Part shown: piece by piece, positions 54,602 to 64,000 of the stretch | Numbering within the stretch: position 1 is the stretch's first letter | Layout: each line of letters opens with the position of its first letter | Source: Shigella phage Shf125875 | Strand: one strand, 5' to 3' | DNA: 64,000 nt | Sequence record: KM407600 | Notes under the pieces: model-generated | Seen by the model: the letters and a program-made list of their open reading frames with translations, nothing else | What the model was told of the DNA's origin: nothing | Databases searched by the model: none | Made by a program: the position numbers and the translations under genes

Positions 54602-57600
54602 ATGGTTGACATCAAACGTAAGTTCAGGGCCGAAGATGGTCTTGACGCAGGCGGTGATAAGATAGTTAACGTTGCGCTTGCTGACCGCACAGTTGGCACC
54701 GATGGCGTGAACGTTGACTTTTTGGTGCAAGAAAACACCGTACAGAATTATGACGATACGCGCGCGTATACAAAAGATTTTATTGTTCTTTATGATAATC
54801 GTTTTTATCAAGCTTTAAACGATATTCCAGCTCCGGCAGGCCCTTTCTCTTTGGCTAAATGGAAGTCAACTCGTACAGATGCAGAATGGACTACAGTTCA
54901 AGGCGGAGATTTCCAATTATCAGTAGGTAACTCTATTGCGGTTGATACTTCAGCTGGCACTGATATTAATTTCACTTTGCCTCAAAATCCTTTAAATGGC
55001 GATACAGTTATTTTGTCTGATATTGGCGGTAGAGTAGGCTATGTAAAAGTTCAAATTACTGCAGAGGCTCAAAGTATTGTAAACTTTAGAGGACAACAGG
55101 TTCGTTCAGTTTTAATGACGCACCCAAAATCTAAAATGGTCTTCATTTTTAGCAACCGCCTATGGCAAATGTATGTTTCTGATTACGAACGTAATGCAGT
55201 CACAGTAACTCCTGCTAAGCCATATCAGGCGCAACCTAACGATTTTATCATTCGACGTTTTACATCAGCCGCTCCTATTAATATTACATTGCCTCGCAAT
55301 GCTAATAATGGCGATATTATTAATTTAGTTGATTTAGACAAATTAAACCCGTTATATCACACAATTGTCAAAACTTACGATGATACAACTTCTATACGAG
55401 AAGCCGGTGTTCATGTAGCAGAAGGACGTAATACTGCGGAAGCATTCTTTGTTTATGATTCTGCTAATAGCTTATGGCGTGTTTGGGAAGGTGACCAGAA
55501 ATCTCGTTTACGTATAGTTCGTAATGATACTGATTTACGCCCTAATGAAGAAGTTCTTGTTTTTGGAACTAATAATGATACAATCTCGACGGTAAATCTT
55601 ACTTTGCCTACAGATATTTTGTCTGGCGATACTGTTAAAATATCGTTGAATTATATGCGTAAAGGGCAAACTGTAAAAATTAAAGCTGCTGAAGGCGATA
55701 CAATTGCTAGCAGTATTTCTTTATTACAGTTCCCAAAACGTTCGGAGTATCCACCTGATGCACAATGGGTTTCTGTTAGTGAGCTGGAATTTAATGGTGA
55801 TACTTCGTATGTACCTGTACTTGAGTTAGTTTATATAGAAGATTATTCATCTGAAACAAAATATTGGGTAGTTCAACAAAACACCGTAACCGTCGAACGA
55901 GTCGATGCATCGAGCAATACAACTCGAGCTCGTTTAGGTGTTATTGCTCTTGCTTCTCAAGCGCAAGCAAATGTCGATTTAGAAAATGCTCCTGGTAAAG
56001 AACTGGCTATTACTCCGGAAACATTAGCAAATCGTACAGCAACTGAAACTCGTCGTGGTATTGCTCGTATTGCAACAACTGCACAAGTTAACCAGAATAC
56101 CGATTTTGCATTCCAAGACGACTTGATTATTTCTCCTAAGAAATTGAACGAACGTACAGCAACTGAAACCCGTAGAGGTGTTGCTGAAGTTGCAACTCAA
56201 GCTGAAACTAATGCTGGAACAGATGACACCACTATTATTACTCCTAAGAAATTGGATGCCCGTCAAGGTTCTGAAGTTTTATCTGGTATTGTAAAATACA
56301 CATCTACGACTGGTACTATAGCTGCTACTATTCGCGGTAATGCTGGGACTAACGTTTATAACAAAGCCGTAGATAATTTAACTATTTCTCCAAAGGCTCT
56401 TGACCAGTATAAAGCTACCCCTACTCAGCAGGGTGCAGTAATTCTTGCTATTGAAAGTGAAGTTATCGCTGGCGAATCACAAGCAGGTTGGGCTAATGCT
56501 GTAGTGACCCCTGAAACTCTGCATAAGAAAACTTCTACTGATGGGCGTATTGGTTTAATTGAAATTGCTACGCAAGCAGAAACTAACACTGGAACTGATT
56601 ATACTAGAGCAGTAACGCCTAAGACGTTAAATGATAGGAAAGCTACGGAAGGATTATCTGGCATAGCCGAAATTGCTACGCAAGTTGAATTTGATACTGG
56701 AACTGACGATACTCGTATCTCGACTCCACTGAAAATTAAAACTCATTTTGATTCTTCTGGCCGTACCAGTGTTAATTCTGATTCCGGACTTATTGAAGAA
56801 GGAACCTTGTGGAACCATTATACTCTTGATATTTCTAAAGCAAATGAAACACAACGCGGTACACTTCGCGTAGCGACCCAGGCAGAATCTAATGCAGGAA
56901 CTTTAGATGATGTTCTTATTACTCCTAAAAAGCTTTTAGGGACTAAGTCCACTGAAACGTCTGAAGGCGTAATTAAGGTTGCTACTCAGGCTGAAACTGT
57001 AACAGGAACTTCTGCTAATACTGCTGTATCACCTAAGAATTTAAAATGGATTGTTCAATCAGAACCATCATGGACTGCTACTACGGCAATTCGTGGATTC
57101 GTTAAAACTTCATCTGGTTCTATTACATTTGTTGGTAATGATACAGTTGGTTCAACACAATCTTTAGAATCATATGAGAAAAATAGCTATGCGGTATCAC
57201 CATATGAATTAAACCGTGTACTTGCTAACTACTTACCGTTGAAAGCTAAAGCAGCTGATAGTAATTTGTTAGATGGTCTAGATTCTCTTCAGTTCATCCG
57301 TAGAGACATCGACCAGACGGTTAATGGTTCTTTAAGTCTTACTAAACAGACCAACCTGAGTGCTCCTTTAGTATCTACAAGCACTGCTTCTTTTGGTTCC
57401 GAAGCATCTGTTACTCGTAGATTAACTCTTAATGATTCTAGCGGTTCTGAAATAATTTTCACTAAAGGAACCCAATCTCTTAGTAATAAAGAGAATTTCG
57501 TTGTTAGAGCATGGGGTAATAGCGCTACAGATGGTGCCCGTGATACAGTATTTGAAGCGGGTGACGAAACCGGATACCATTTCTATTCTCAGCGCGCTGC

Positions 57601-58435
57601 TGATAATAAAGTATCATTTAATATTAATGGAACACTTTATTCAACAGGTATTGTTTCTACAAATGGATTAAATGTTACAGGTGTTTCTACCTTTACAGGG
57701 CCTATTAGTGCTACAGGCGAAATTGTTTCTAGTTCTCCTATTGCATTCAGAGCTATTAATGGTAACTATGGTGTTATGCTTTATAATGCTGGTAACAGTT
57801 CTTATATTGCATTAACTAACTCAGGTGACCAGACCGGGACGTTTAATAACTTACGCCCGATCACGATTAACAACGCCACAGGCTTAGTTCGTCTTGACAA
57901 TGGTGTTCAAATCACAAGTGGTGCAACAATAACTACCGGTGGGTTAACTGTAAATAACAGAATTATTTCTAACGGCGTTAAAACTGCCACTGTTTATACC
58001 GATAAACCAACAGCTTCTACTGTAGGTTTTTGGTCTATTGACATTAACGATTCTGCTGTATATAGCCAATTCCCTGGATACTGGACGCGTGATAACAAAG
58101 GTAACCGTGACCAAGAAATTAAATATCCTGGTACTTTGACTCAATTCGGCAATAGCTTAGATTCGCTTTATCAGGATTGGATTTGTTATCCTACAGGTGC
58201 AAATGGTGGTAGTATTCGTTATACTCGTACCTGGCAGAAAAATAAAGATGCTTGGACTTCATTTGCAATGGTATTTGATAGTGGCAACCCACCTTCACCT
58301 AGCGATGTCGGTGCTATCCCATCTGATAATGCTGTTATTGGAAACCTTACTATTCGAGACTTCTTACAATTAGGAAATGTGAGAATTGTTCCAGACCCGG
58401 TTAACAAAACAGTTAAATTTATATGGGTTGAATAA
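54602..58435 (+). CDS. 34: Long tail fibre proximal subunit gp34
   Basis: 1277 aa (T4 1289 aa); internal repeats TETRRG, ATQAETN, ITPKKL; late promoter upstream. Confidence 0.85.
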   Translation: MVDIKRKFRAEDGLDAGGDKIVNVALADRTVGTDGVNVDFLVQENTVQNYDDTRAYTKDFIVLYDNRFYQALNDIPAPAGPFSLAKWKSTRTDAEWTTVQGGDFQLSVGNSIAVDTSAGTDINFTLPQNPLNGDTVILSDIGGRVGYVKVQITAEAQSIVNFRGQQVRSVLMTHPKSKMVFIFSNRLWQMYVSDYERNAVTVTPAKPYQAQPNDFIIRRFTSAAPINITLPRNANNGDIINLVDLDKLNPLYHTIVKTYDDTTSIREAGVHVAEGRNTAEAFFVYDSANSLWRVWEGDQKSRLRIVRNDTDLRPNEEVLVFGTNNDTISTVNLTLPTDILSGDTVKISLNYMRKGQTVKIKAAEGDTIASSISLLQFPKRSEYPPDAQWVSVSELEFNGDTSYVPVLELVYIEDYSSETKYWVVQQNTVTVERVDASSNTTRARLGVIALASQAQANVDLENAPGKELAITPETLANRTATETRRGIARIATTAQVNQNTDFAFQDDLIISPKKLNERTATETRRGVAEVATQAETNAGTDDTTIITPKKLDARQGSEVLSGIVKYTSTTGTIAATIRGNAGTNVYNKAVDNLTISPKALDQYKATPTQQGAVILAIESEVIAGESQAGWANAVVTPETLHKKTSTDGRIGLIEIATQAETNTGTDYTRAVTPKTLNDRKATEGLSGIAEIATQVEFDTGTDDTRISTPLKIKTHFDSSGRTSVNSDSGLIEEGTLWNHYTLDISKANETQRGTLRVATQAESNAGTLDDVLITPKKLLGTKSTETSEGVIKVATQAETVTGTSANTAVSPKNLKWIVQSEPSWTATTAIRGFVKTSSGSITFVGNDTVGSTQSLESYEKNSYAVSPYELNRVLANYLPLKAKAADSNLLDGLDSLQFIRRDIDQTVNGSLSLTKQTNLSAPLVSTSTASFGSEASVTRRLTLNDSSGSEIIFTKGTQSLSNKENFVVRAWGNSATDGARDTVFEAGDETGYHFYSQRAADNKVSFNINGTLYSTGIVSTNGLNVTGVSTFTGPISATGEIVSSSPIAFRAINGNYGVMLYNAGNSSYIALTNSGDQTGTFNNLRPITINNATGLVRLDNGVQITSGATITTGGLTVNNRIISNGVKTATVYTDKPTASTVGFWSIDINDSAVYSQFPGYWTRDNKGNRDQEIKYPGTLTQFGNSLDSLYQDWICYPTGANGGSIRYTRTWQKNKDAWTSFAMVFDSGNPPSPSDVGAIPSDNAVIGNLTIRDFLQLGNVRIVPDPVNKTVKFIWVE

Positions 58436-58443
58436 GAGGTTAT

Positions 58444-59568
58444 ATGGAAAAATTTATGGCAAGGTTTGGACAAGGATACGTCCAAACGCCGTTTTTATCG
58501 GAAAGCAATTCAGTTAGATTTAAGCTAAGTATAGCGGGTTCATGCCCGCTTTCAACAACTAATCCGTATATTTTGTTCCAAAATGAGCCTTTAGGGTTGC
58601 AGTCTTTTGGTATTGGACTAAATGTTAGGGTGATAAATCCGGAAAATGGAACTATAGTTGATAGTAAATTATACAATTTTGCGCCTACAAATAATGCAAC
58701 TTCAGCTGCATTTATTTCGTTTGTTAATACATACGCAGATAATTTCATTTTCGCATTTATTTCTAATAACAAATTTAATTTGCCGCCAGAAATAATTGAA
58801 TGGTTTAAAGCTGCTGGGAGTTCAGTTATACCGTCAATTGAAGTTGCTAGTCTTGTTGATATTTCATATTCAGCGTTTTATGTTTCAGGTAAAAATACTA
58901 TTGCATTAGAACACATAAAATACAGTAATAAGAAAACAATTTCTGATTACGCAACTCCATTAGATATTGTATATGACTCTATTGCTGATATAGGTGCTAC
59001 CGGCTATCCTAGACGTACATATGAAGCTCTAGAAACGTTTTTATCTCCTGTTGGAGGAACTAACAATGAAATAAAAAGGATGCCTACGTCATCCCTTGTT
59101 ACTCCTATCGCAAACTATGGATTAAAGCCTACAGATTTTCTTTATTTGAAATTTCAATTAATGGCTGATGAAGAATTATTAGAGGAAGGAACCACAAGAC
59201 TTTCAATTCGTTTCTTTAAGTCTCCATCTAGCTCTCCTATATCATCTAAAGATATAAACTTTGATGGAACTGCCGGGGAGTGGAAGCTATATGAAGAATA
59301 CGTTGAAATACCAGCTGAAGCTGATGGCTTTACAGTATATTGTTACCGTACGGCCTCAGTCGGTCAAGGTGGACTAAGAAATGTTATTTTCACTGAAGTA
59401 TCATGTAACGGAAGTATAGCAAAACCCGCTGAGTTTGGTATAAACGGTATTCGTGTTAATTATATTGATGAATCATTAACCGGTAATGATATAATGGACT
59501 TGCCTACTCAGTTATCTAACGACACAGGTAAGGTATTTGGGCAGGAATTTAAAGAGTACACAGAATAA
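58444..59568 (+). CDS. 35: Long tail fibre hinge protein gp35
   Basis: 374 aa (T4 372 aa). Confidence 0.75.
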   Translation: MEKFMARFGQGYVQTPFLSESNSVRFKLSIAGSCPLSTTNPYILFQNEPLGLQSFGIGLNVRVINPENGTIVDSKLYNFAPTNNATSAAFISFVNTYADNFIFAFISNNKFNLPPEIIEWFKAAGSSVIPSIEVASLVDISYSAFYVSGKNTIALEHIKYSNKKTISDYATPLDIVYDSIADIGATGYPRRTYEALETFLSPVGGTNNEIKRMPTSSLVTPIANYGLKPTDFLYLKFQLMADEELLEEGTTRLSIRFFKSPSSSPISSKDINFDGTAGEWKLYEEYVEIPAEADGFTVYCYRTASVGQGGLRNVIFTEVSCNGSIAKPAEFGINGIRVNYIDESLTGNDIMDLPTQLSNDTGKVFGQEFKEYTE

Positions 59569-59569
59569 A

Positions 59570-59589
59570 GGAGACTTCGGTCTCCTTTT
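59570..59589 (+). terminator. Terminator after gene 35
   Basis: GGAGAC-TTCG-GTCTCC followed by TTTT. Confidence 0.65.
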
Positions 59590-59593
59590 CGCG

Positions 59594-59601
59594 TATAAAT
59601 A
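59594..59601 (+). promoter_or_regulatory. T4-type late promoter for gene 36
   Basis: TATAAATACTTTA about 27 nt upstream of gene 36. Confidence 0.6.
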
Positions 59602-59627
59602 CTTTAATATTAATAAGGAGACACGAA

Positions 59628-60284
59628 ATGGCCGATTTAAAAGCCGGAAGTACAGTTGGTGGTTCCGTCATATGGCATCAAGGCAATTTTCCTTTAATGC
59701 CAGCTGGCGATGACATCCTATATAAAACATTTAAATTATACACCGAATATAACAAGCCAAAAGCGGCTGATAACGATTTCGTATCTAAAGCAAATGGTGG
59801 GACATATCTCAAAAAGGTAATCTTTAACGAAGGTATTGCAGTCAAAACAGCAGATGACCAAACGAATGGTATTTTTTCTGGTGGTGGTGACGCCGCGACA
59901 TTCGACCAAACAAACATGGATATTGTTTCGTGGTATGGTATTGGGTTTAAATCATCTCAAGGTACAGGTGAAAGAACTGTTGTAATTGATGCTCGCACCG
60001 GTAATATAAGTTCTAAAGGCGTTATTGAAGCATCTCAATTCAGAGCCACAACGTTAGCACCTTTAAATAATTACGACCTTACTCGCAAAGATTATGTTGA
60101 TAGTCAAATAAATACAGTTAATGCTAATGCAAACAGACGCGTACTCCGTTCAGGAGATACGATGACCGGCGCGCTAACAGCCCCAAACTTTTTCTCACAG
60201 AATCCTGCATCTCAACCCTCGCATGTTCCACGATTTGACCAAATTGTTATTAAGGATTCTGTTCAAGATTTCGGCTATTATTAA
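59628..60284 (+). CDS. 36: Long tail fibre distal connector gp36
   Basis: 218 aa (T4 221 aa); late promoter upstream. Confidence 0.75.
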   Translation: MADLKAGSTVGGSVIWHQGNFPLMPAGDDILYKTFKLYTEYNKPKAADNDFVSKANGGTYLKKVIFNEGIAVKTADDQTNGIFSGGGDAATFDQTNMDIVSWYGIGFKSSQGTGERTVVIDARTGNISSKGVIEASQFRATTLAPLNNYDLTRKDYVDSQINTVNANANRRVLRSGDTMTGALTAPNFFSQNPASQPSHVPRFDQIVIKDSVQDFGYY

Positions 60285-60292
60285 GAGGACTT

Positions 60293-63200
60293 ATGGCTAC
60301 TTTAAAACAAATACAATTTAAAAGAAGCAAAACTGCAGGAGCACGTCCTGCCGCTTCAGTATTAGCCGAAGGTGAATTGGCTATAAACTTAAAAGACCGT
60401 GTACTTTTTACTAAAGATGACCAAGGAAATATTATTGATCTGGGTTTTGCTAAGGGTGGTAGTATTGACGGGAATGTTATTCATATAGGAAACTATAATC
60501 AAACTGGTGATTATACTTTAAATGGCGTCTTCACTCAGACTGGTAATTTTAATTTAACTGGTATTGCTCGAGTAACTCGCGATATTATTGCCGCTGGGCA
60601 GATTATGACTGAAGGCGGAGAACTTATTACAAAAAGTTCAGGTACATCACATGTTCGTTTTCATGATTCAGCTGACCGTGAACGTGGAATCATTTTTTCT
60701 CCTGCTAATGATGGATTAACTACACAAGTAATTAATATTAGAGTTCAAGACTACGCAGCTGGTAGCGAAAGCACCTATGCATTTTCAGGCAGTGGACAAT
60801 TTATTTCACCTGAAGTATCGGCATGGAAATCTATGTCAACTCCTCAGATTTTGACTGACAAAGTCATTACAGACGGGAAGAAGGCAGGTGATTATGACAT
60901 CTATTCATTAGCAAATAATAATTCTAATACAGATAAAAATAATTTACGTGTTGTACGTACCGACCCAGCGGCCGCAATGCTCCATGAAATTTGTGAAAAC
61001 AACGGCATCAGTTGGTATTCTGGTTCAACCCCTACTGATTATATGTTATCTTTTGCTTATTCCGGCGGTTTTCAAGCAGGCCATTCGATTGCAGTAGGTA
61101 TGGAATCAGGGCCTATGACATATTCAACCTTAGGTAAAAGTTCTATTGTTCTTGGGGATAATGATACTGGATTTAAATGGCATCAAGACGGATATTATTT
61201 CAGCGTTAATAATGGAACAAAAACGTTTTTATTTAATCCTAGCGAAACAACTAGCCTAAGAAAATTTGTAGCTGGATATTCTACTAATGGAACCGATTTA
61301 ACTACTCCTCCAACTGAAAACTATGCTCTTGCTACTGTTGTGACATATCACGATAATAACGCGTTTGGAGATGGTCAGACTCTTTTGGGATATTATCAAG
61401 GCGGTAACTATCATCACTATTTCCGTGGTAAGGGTACCACAAACATTAATACTCATGGCGGTTTGTTGGTTACTCCTGGTAATATTGATGTTATTGGCGG
61501 TTCTGTTAATATAGATGGTAGAAATAATTCTTCTACACTAATGTTTAGAGGCAACACAACAGGATACAGCTCGGTTGATAATATGGATATTAAAGTTTGG
61601 GGTAATACGTTTGTTGATCCAAGCGGAGGTATCCGTAAAAACGTCATGGAAATTTCTGATGCAACTAGTTGGATGAGCTATATTCAAAGACTTACAACAG
61701 GTGAAGTAGAAATGAACGTTAACGGTTCATTTGAATCATCTCGTGTTACTGCTGGAGATAGGGGAGTTTACACAACAGGCGAAATTTCATCTGGGGCTGT
61801 GAATGCGCTTCGTATTTGGAACGCAGATTATGGAGCTATTTTTAGACGTTCAGAAGATAGTCTTCATATTATTCCAACTACTTACGGTGAAGGTAAACAC
61901 GGCGGTATCGGTCCACTTCGCCCGTTTAGTTTGGCTTTAGATACCGGTAAAGTTACTATTCCAGATTTACAGTCAAAATACAATACGATCACTGCGAACG
62001 GCTATATTAAATTTGTTGGTCATGGAGCGGGTGCCGGCGGTTATGACATTCAATATGCTCAAGCAGCTCCTATTTTCCAGGAAATTGATGATGATGCTGT
62101 AAACAAATATTATCCTATTGTTAAACAGAAGTTTTTAAATGGTAAAGCCGTCTGGTCTTTAGGTACTGAAATTAATTCGGGTACATTCGTTATTCATCAT
62201 TTAAAAGAAGACGGAACTCAAGGACATACATCTCGTTTTAATCAAGACGGTACTGTTAACTTCCCAGATAACGTTCTGGTCGGTGGTGGTGAAGCTGCTA
62301 TTGCTCGTAATGGTAATATTTTCTCGGATATTTGGAAAACGTTTACTTCTGCAGGCGACGTAACTAATATTCGCGACGCAATAGCTACTCGTGTTGCCAA
62401 AGAAGGTGATACGATGACCGGCACTCTTTGGATTAATAAAGATGCTGCTGGAATAGTTCTTAATCCTCCTTTGGCCAGTGATTCATCATTTATTCGTTCT
62501 GATACGGCCGGGGCCAATAATTGGTATATTGGTAAAGGCGGTGCCGACAATGGTCTAGGTTTTTACAGTTACATTACACAAGGCGGTGTATACATAACAA
62601 CTAACGGTGAAATATCGCTTTCTCCTCAAGGCCAAGGAACATTTAATTTTAATAGAGACCGCCTCCATATAAACGGTACACAATGGACCGCACACCAGGG
62701 CGGTGACTGGGCTAACCAATGGCGCCAAGAAGCTCCTATATTTGTAGATTTTGGTAATGTCGGTAATGATAGTTATTATCCTATTATTAAAGGAAAATCC
62801 GGTATTACTAACGAAGGATACGTATCCGGCGTAGATTTTGGTATGCGACGCATTACTAATACCTGGGCACAAGGTATTATTCGTGTAGGTAACCAGGAAA
62901 ACGGTTCTGACCCCCAAGCCATCTATGAATTCCATCATAATGGTGTTTTTTATGCCCCTAGCTTACTTAAGAGCAGCAGAGTATCAGCAGGCGGCGGTGA
63001 CCCTGCATGGGCCGGGCCGTGTATTGTACTGGGAGATAACGATACCGGTTTGCTTTGGGAAAACGATGGTATTTTCAACGCATATGCAAACGGCCAAGGT
63101 GTGTTTAGTTTTAGACCTGGTTTAGCTCAGACATTCGGTGATGTTAACTTCCACTGTAATGCAGGTATGTATGTTCGTGATAACATCGATGTTAACGACG

Positions 63201-63532
63201 TTTATATTCGTTCTGATATTCGTTGTAAGTCAGAAATTAAGCTTATAGAGAATGCCCAAGAGAAATCTAAACTATTGGGCGGTTATACTTATCTGCTTAA
63301 AAACTCTGTTACAGACGAAGTTAAACCGTCCGCAGGTTTAATTGCTCAGGAAGTTCAAGAAGTATTACCTGAACTTGTTTCTGAAGATAAAGAGACCGGA
63401 CTGCTTCGTTTGAACTATAACGGTATTATTGGTTTAAATACAGCTGCAATAAACGAGCATACAGATGAAATCAAGGAATTGAAATCTGAAATTGCCGAAT
63501 TGAAAGCATTAATTAAATCATTGATAAAATAA
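60293..63532 (+). CDS. 37: Long tail fibre distal subunit gp37 with C-terminal intramolecular-chaperone-like domain
   Basis: 1079 aa; C-terminal SDIRCKSEIK...GLIAQEVQEVLPELV resembles peptidase S74 / endosialidase chaperone domains. Confidence 0.85.
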   Translation: MATLKQIQFKRSKTAGARPAASVLAEGELAINLKDRVLFTKDDQGNIIDLGFAKGGSIDGNVIHIGNYNQTGDYTLNGVFTQTGNFNLTGIARVTRDIIAAGQIMTEGGELITKSSGTSHVRFHDSADRERGIIFSPANDGLTTQVINIRVQDYAAGSESTYAFSGSGQFISPEVSAWKSMSTPQILTDKVITDGKKAGDYDIYSLANNNSNTDKNNLRVVRTDPAAAMLHEICENNGISWYSGSTPTDYMLSFAYSGGFQAGHSIAVGMESGPMTYSTLGKSSIVLGDNDTGFKWHQDGYYFSVNNGTKTFLFNPSETTSLRKFVAGYSTNGTDLTTPPTENYALATVVTYHDNNAFGDGQTLLGYYQGGNYHHYFRGKGTTNINTHGGLLVTPGNIDVIGGSVNIDGRNNSSTLMFRGNTTGYSSVDNMDIKVWGNTFVDPSGGIRKNVMEISDATSWMSYIQRLTTGEVEMNVNGSFESSRVTAGDRGVYTTGEISSGAVNALRIWNADYGAIFRRSEDSLHIIPTTYGEGKHGGIGPLRPFSLALDTGKVTIPDLQSKYNTITANGYIKFVGHGAGAGGYDIQYAQAAPIFQEIDDDAVNKYYPIVKQKFLNGKAVWSLGTEINSGTFVIHHLKEDGTQGHTSRFNQDGTVNFPDNVLVGGGEAAIARNGNIFSDIWKTFTSAGDVTNIRDAIATRVAKEGDTMTGTLWINKDAAGIVLNPPLASDSSFIRSDTAGANNWYIGKGGADNGLGFYSYITQGGVYITTNGEISLSPQGQGTFNFNRDRLHINGTQWTAHQGGDWANQWRQEAPIFVDFGNVGNDSYYPIIKGKSGITNEGYVSGVDFGMRRITNTWAQGIIRVGNQENGSDPQAIYEFHHNGVFYAPSLLKSSRVSAGGGDPAWAGPCIVLGDNDTGLLWENDGIFNAYANGQGVFSFRPGLAQTFGDVNFHCNAGMYVRDNIDVNDVYIRSDIRCKSEIKLIENAQEKSKLLGGYTYLLKNSVTDEVKPSAGLIAQEVQEVLPELVSEDKETGLLRLNYNGIIGLNTAAINEHTDEIKELKSEIAELKALIKSLIK

Positions 63533-63537
63533 TAAAA

Positions 63538-63551
63538 GGGCCTTCGGGCCC
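63538..63551 (+). terminator. UUCG-tetraloop hairpin between genes 37 and 38
   Basis: GGGCC-TTCG-GGCCC right after gene 37 stop; no U-run, gene 38 RBS follows. Confidence 0.35.
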
Positions 63552-63562
63552 TGGAGGTTTAT

Positions 63563-64000
63563 ATGGCAGTAGTAGGAATCCCTGGTTGGATTGGGACTTC
63601 AGCCGTTGCTGAAACGGGACAAAGATGGATGACGGCTGCTTCAAGGGAACTTCGTTTAGGAAACCCTTCATGGATGTCCCAATTCGCGGGCCGTTCAAGA
63701 GAAATAATTCACACACTTGGAGCAGACCATAACTTCAATGGTCAATGGTTCCGAGATAGATGTTTTGAGGCAGGTAGTGCACCTATAGTGTTTAATATCA
63801 CCGGAAATTTGGTATCATATAGTAAAGATGTTCCATTATTCTTTATGTATGGCGATACGCCAAATGAATATGTTACTTTGAATATTCACGGTGGAGTTCA
63901 TATGTGGGGACGAGGTGGTAACGGTACTGTAAACGGAAACCCAGGCACAAATGGCGGCGATGTAATCCAAAATGATATCGGCGGAAGACTTCGTATTTGG
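63563..64000 (+). CDS. 38: Receptor-recognising adhesin gp38, T2-type, 3'-truncated at window edge
   Basis: N-terminus [11 protein letters not shown]...[27 protein letters not shown] then glycine-rich [17 protein letters not shown]. Confidence 0.8.
   Translation, partial: MAVVGIPGWIGTSAVAETGQRWMTAASRELRLGNPSWMSQFAGRSREIIHTLGADHNFNGQWFRDRCFEAGSAPIVFNITGNLVSYSKDVPLFFMYGDTPNEYVTLNIHGGVHMWGRGGNGTVNGNPGTNGGDVIQNDIGGRLRIW

Noticed and set aside
56024-56266. Cys-rich 80 aa minus-strand ORF inside gene 34
   Set aside because: Antisense shadow of the repetitive tail-fibre coding sequence; its repetitiveness mirrors the gp34 repeats.

Overview
This window is a contiguous stretch of a T-even (T4-like, Tequatrovirus-type) myovirus genome; almost every large ORF is a recognisable T4 homologue in T4 gene order. 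Plus strand: neck, terminase, tail sheath and tube, portal, prohead core and major capsid (13-14-15-16-17-18-19-20-67-68-21-22-23-24). Mixed strands: rnlB, hoc, inh, uvsW, uvsY, and the baseplate hub cluster 25-26-51-27-28-29-48-54. Minus strand: the early/middle block alt, DNA ligase 30 and 30.x ORFs, rIII, 31, cd, pseT, spanins, alc, rnlA, denA, nrdB, nrdA, td, frd, 32, 59, 33, dsbA, rnh. Plus strand again: long tail fibre genes 34-35-36-37 and the start of a T2-type gp38 adhesin. Regulation is T4-typical: TATAAATA late promoters, a family of sigma70-like early promoters, MotA-type middle promoters, many UUCG-tetraloop hairpin terminators, and the gene 32 translational operator. Differences from the T4 reference are the main points of interest: a full-length class I DAHP synthase gene fused to the 5' side of cd, a free-standing GIY-YIG homing endonuclease between 33 and 59, td and nrdB as uninterrupted ORFs, an extra ORF between frd and td, a non-SegD ORF between 23 and 24, and a gp37 with a C-terminal self-cleaving chaperone-like domain followed by a glycine-rich gp38. 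All homology calls are from reading the translations against remembered T4 proteins and motifs; no database search was run. I could not identify a single clearly unprecedented multi-gene system; the DAHP synthase insertion is the strongest candidate.
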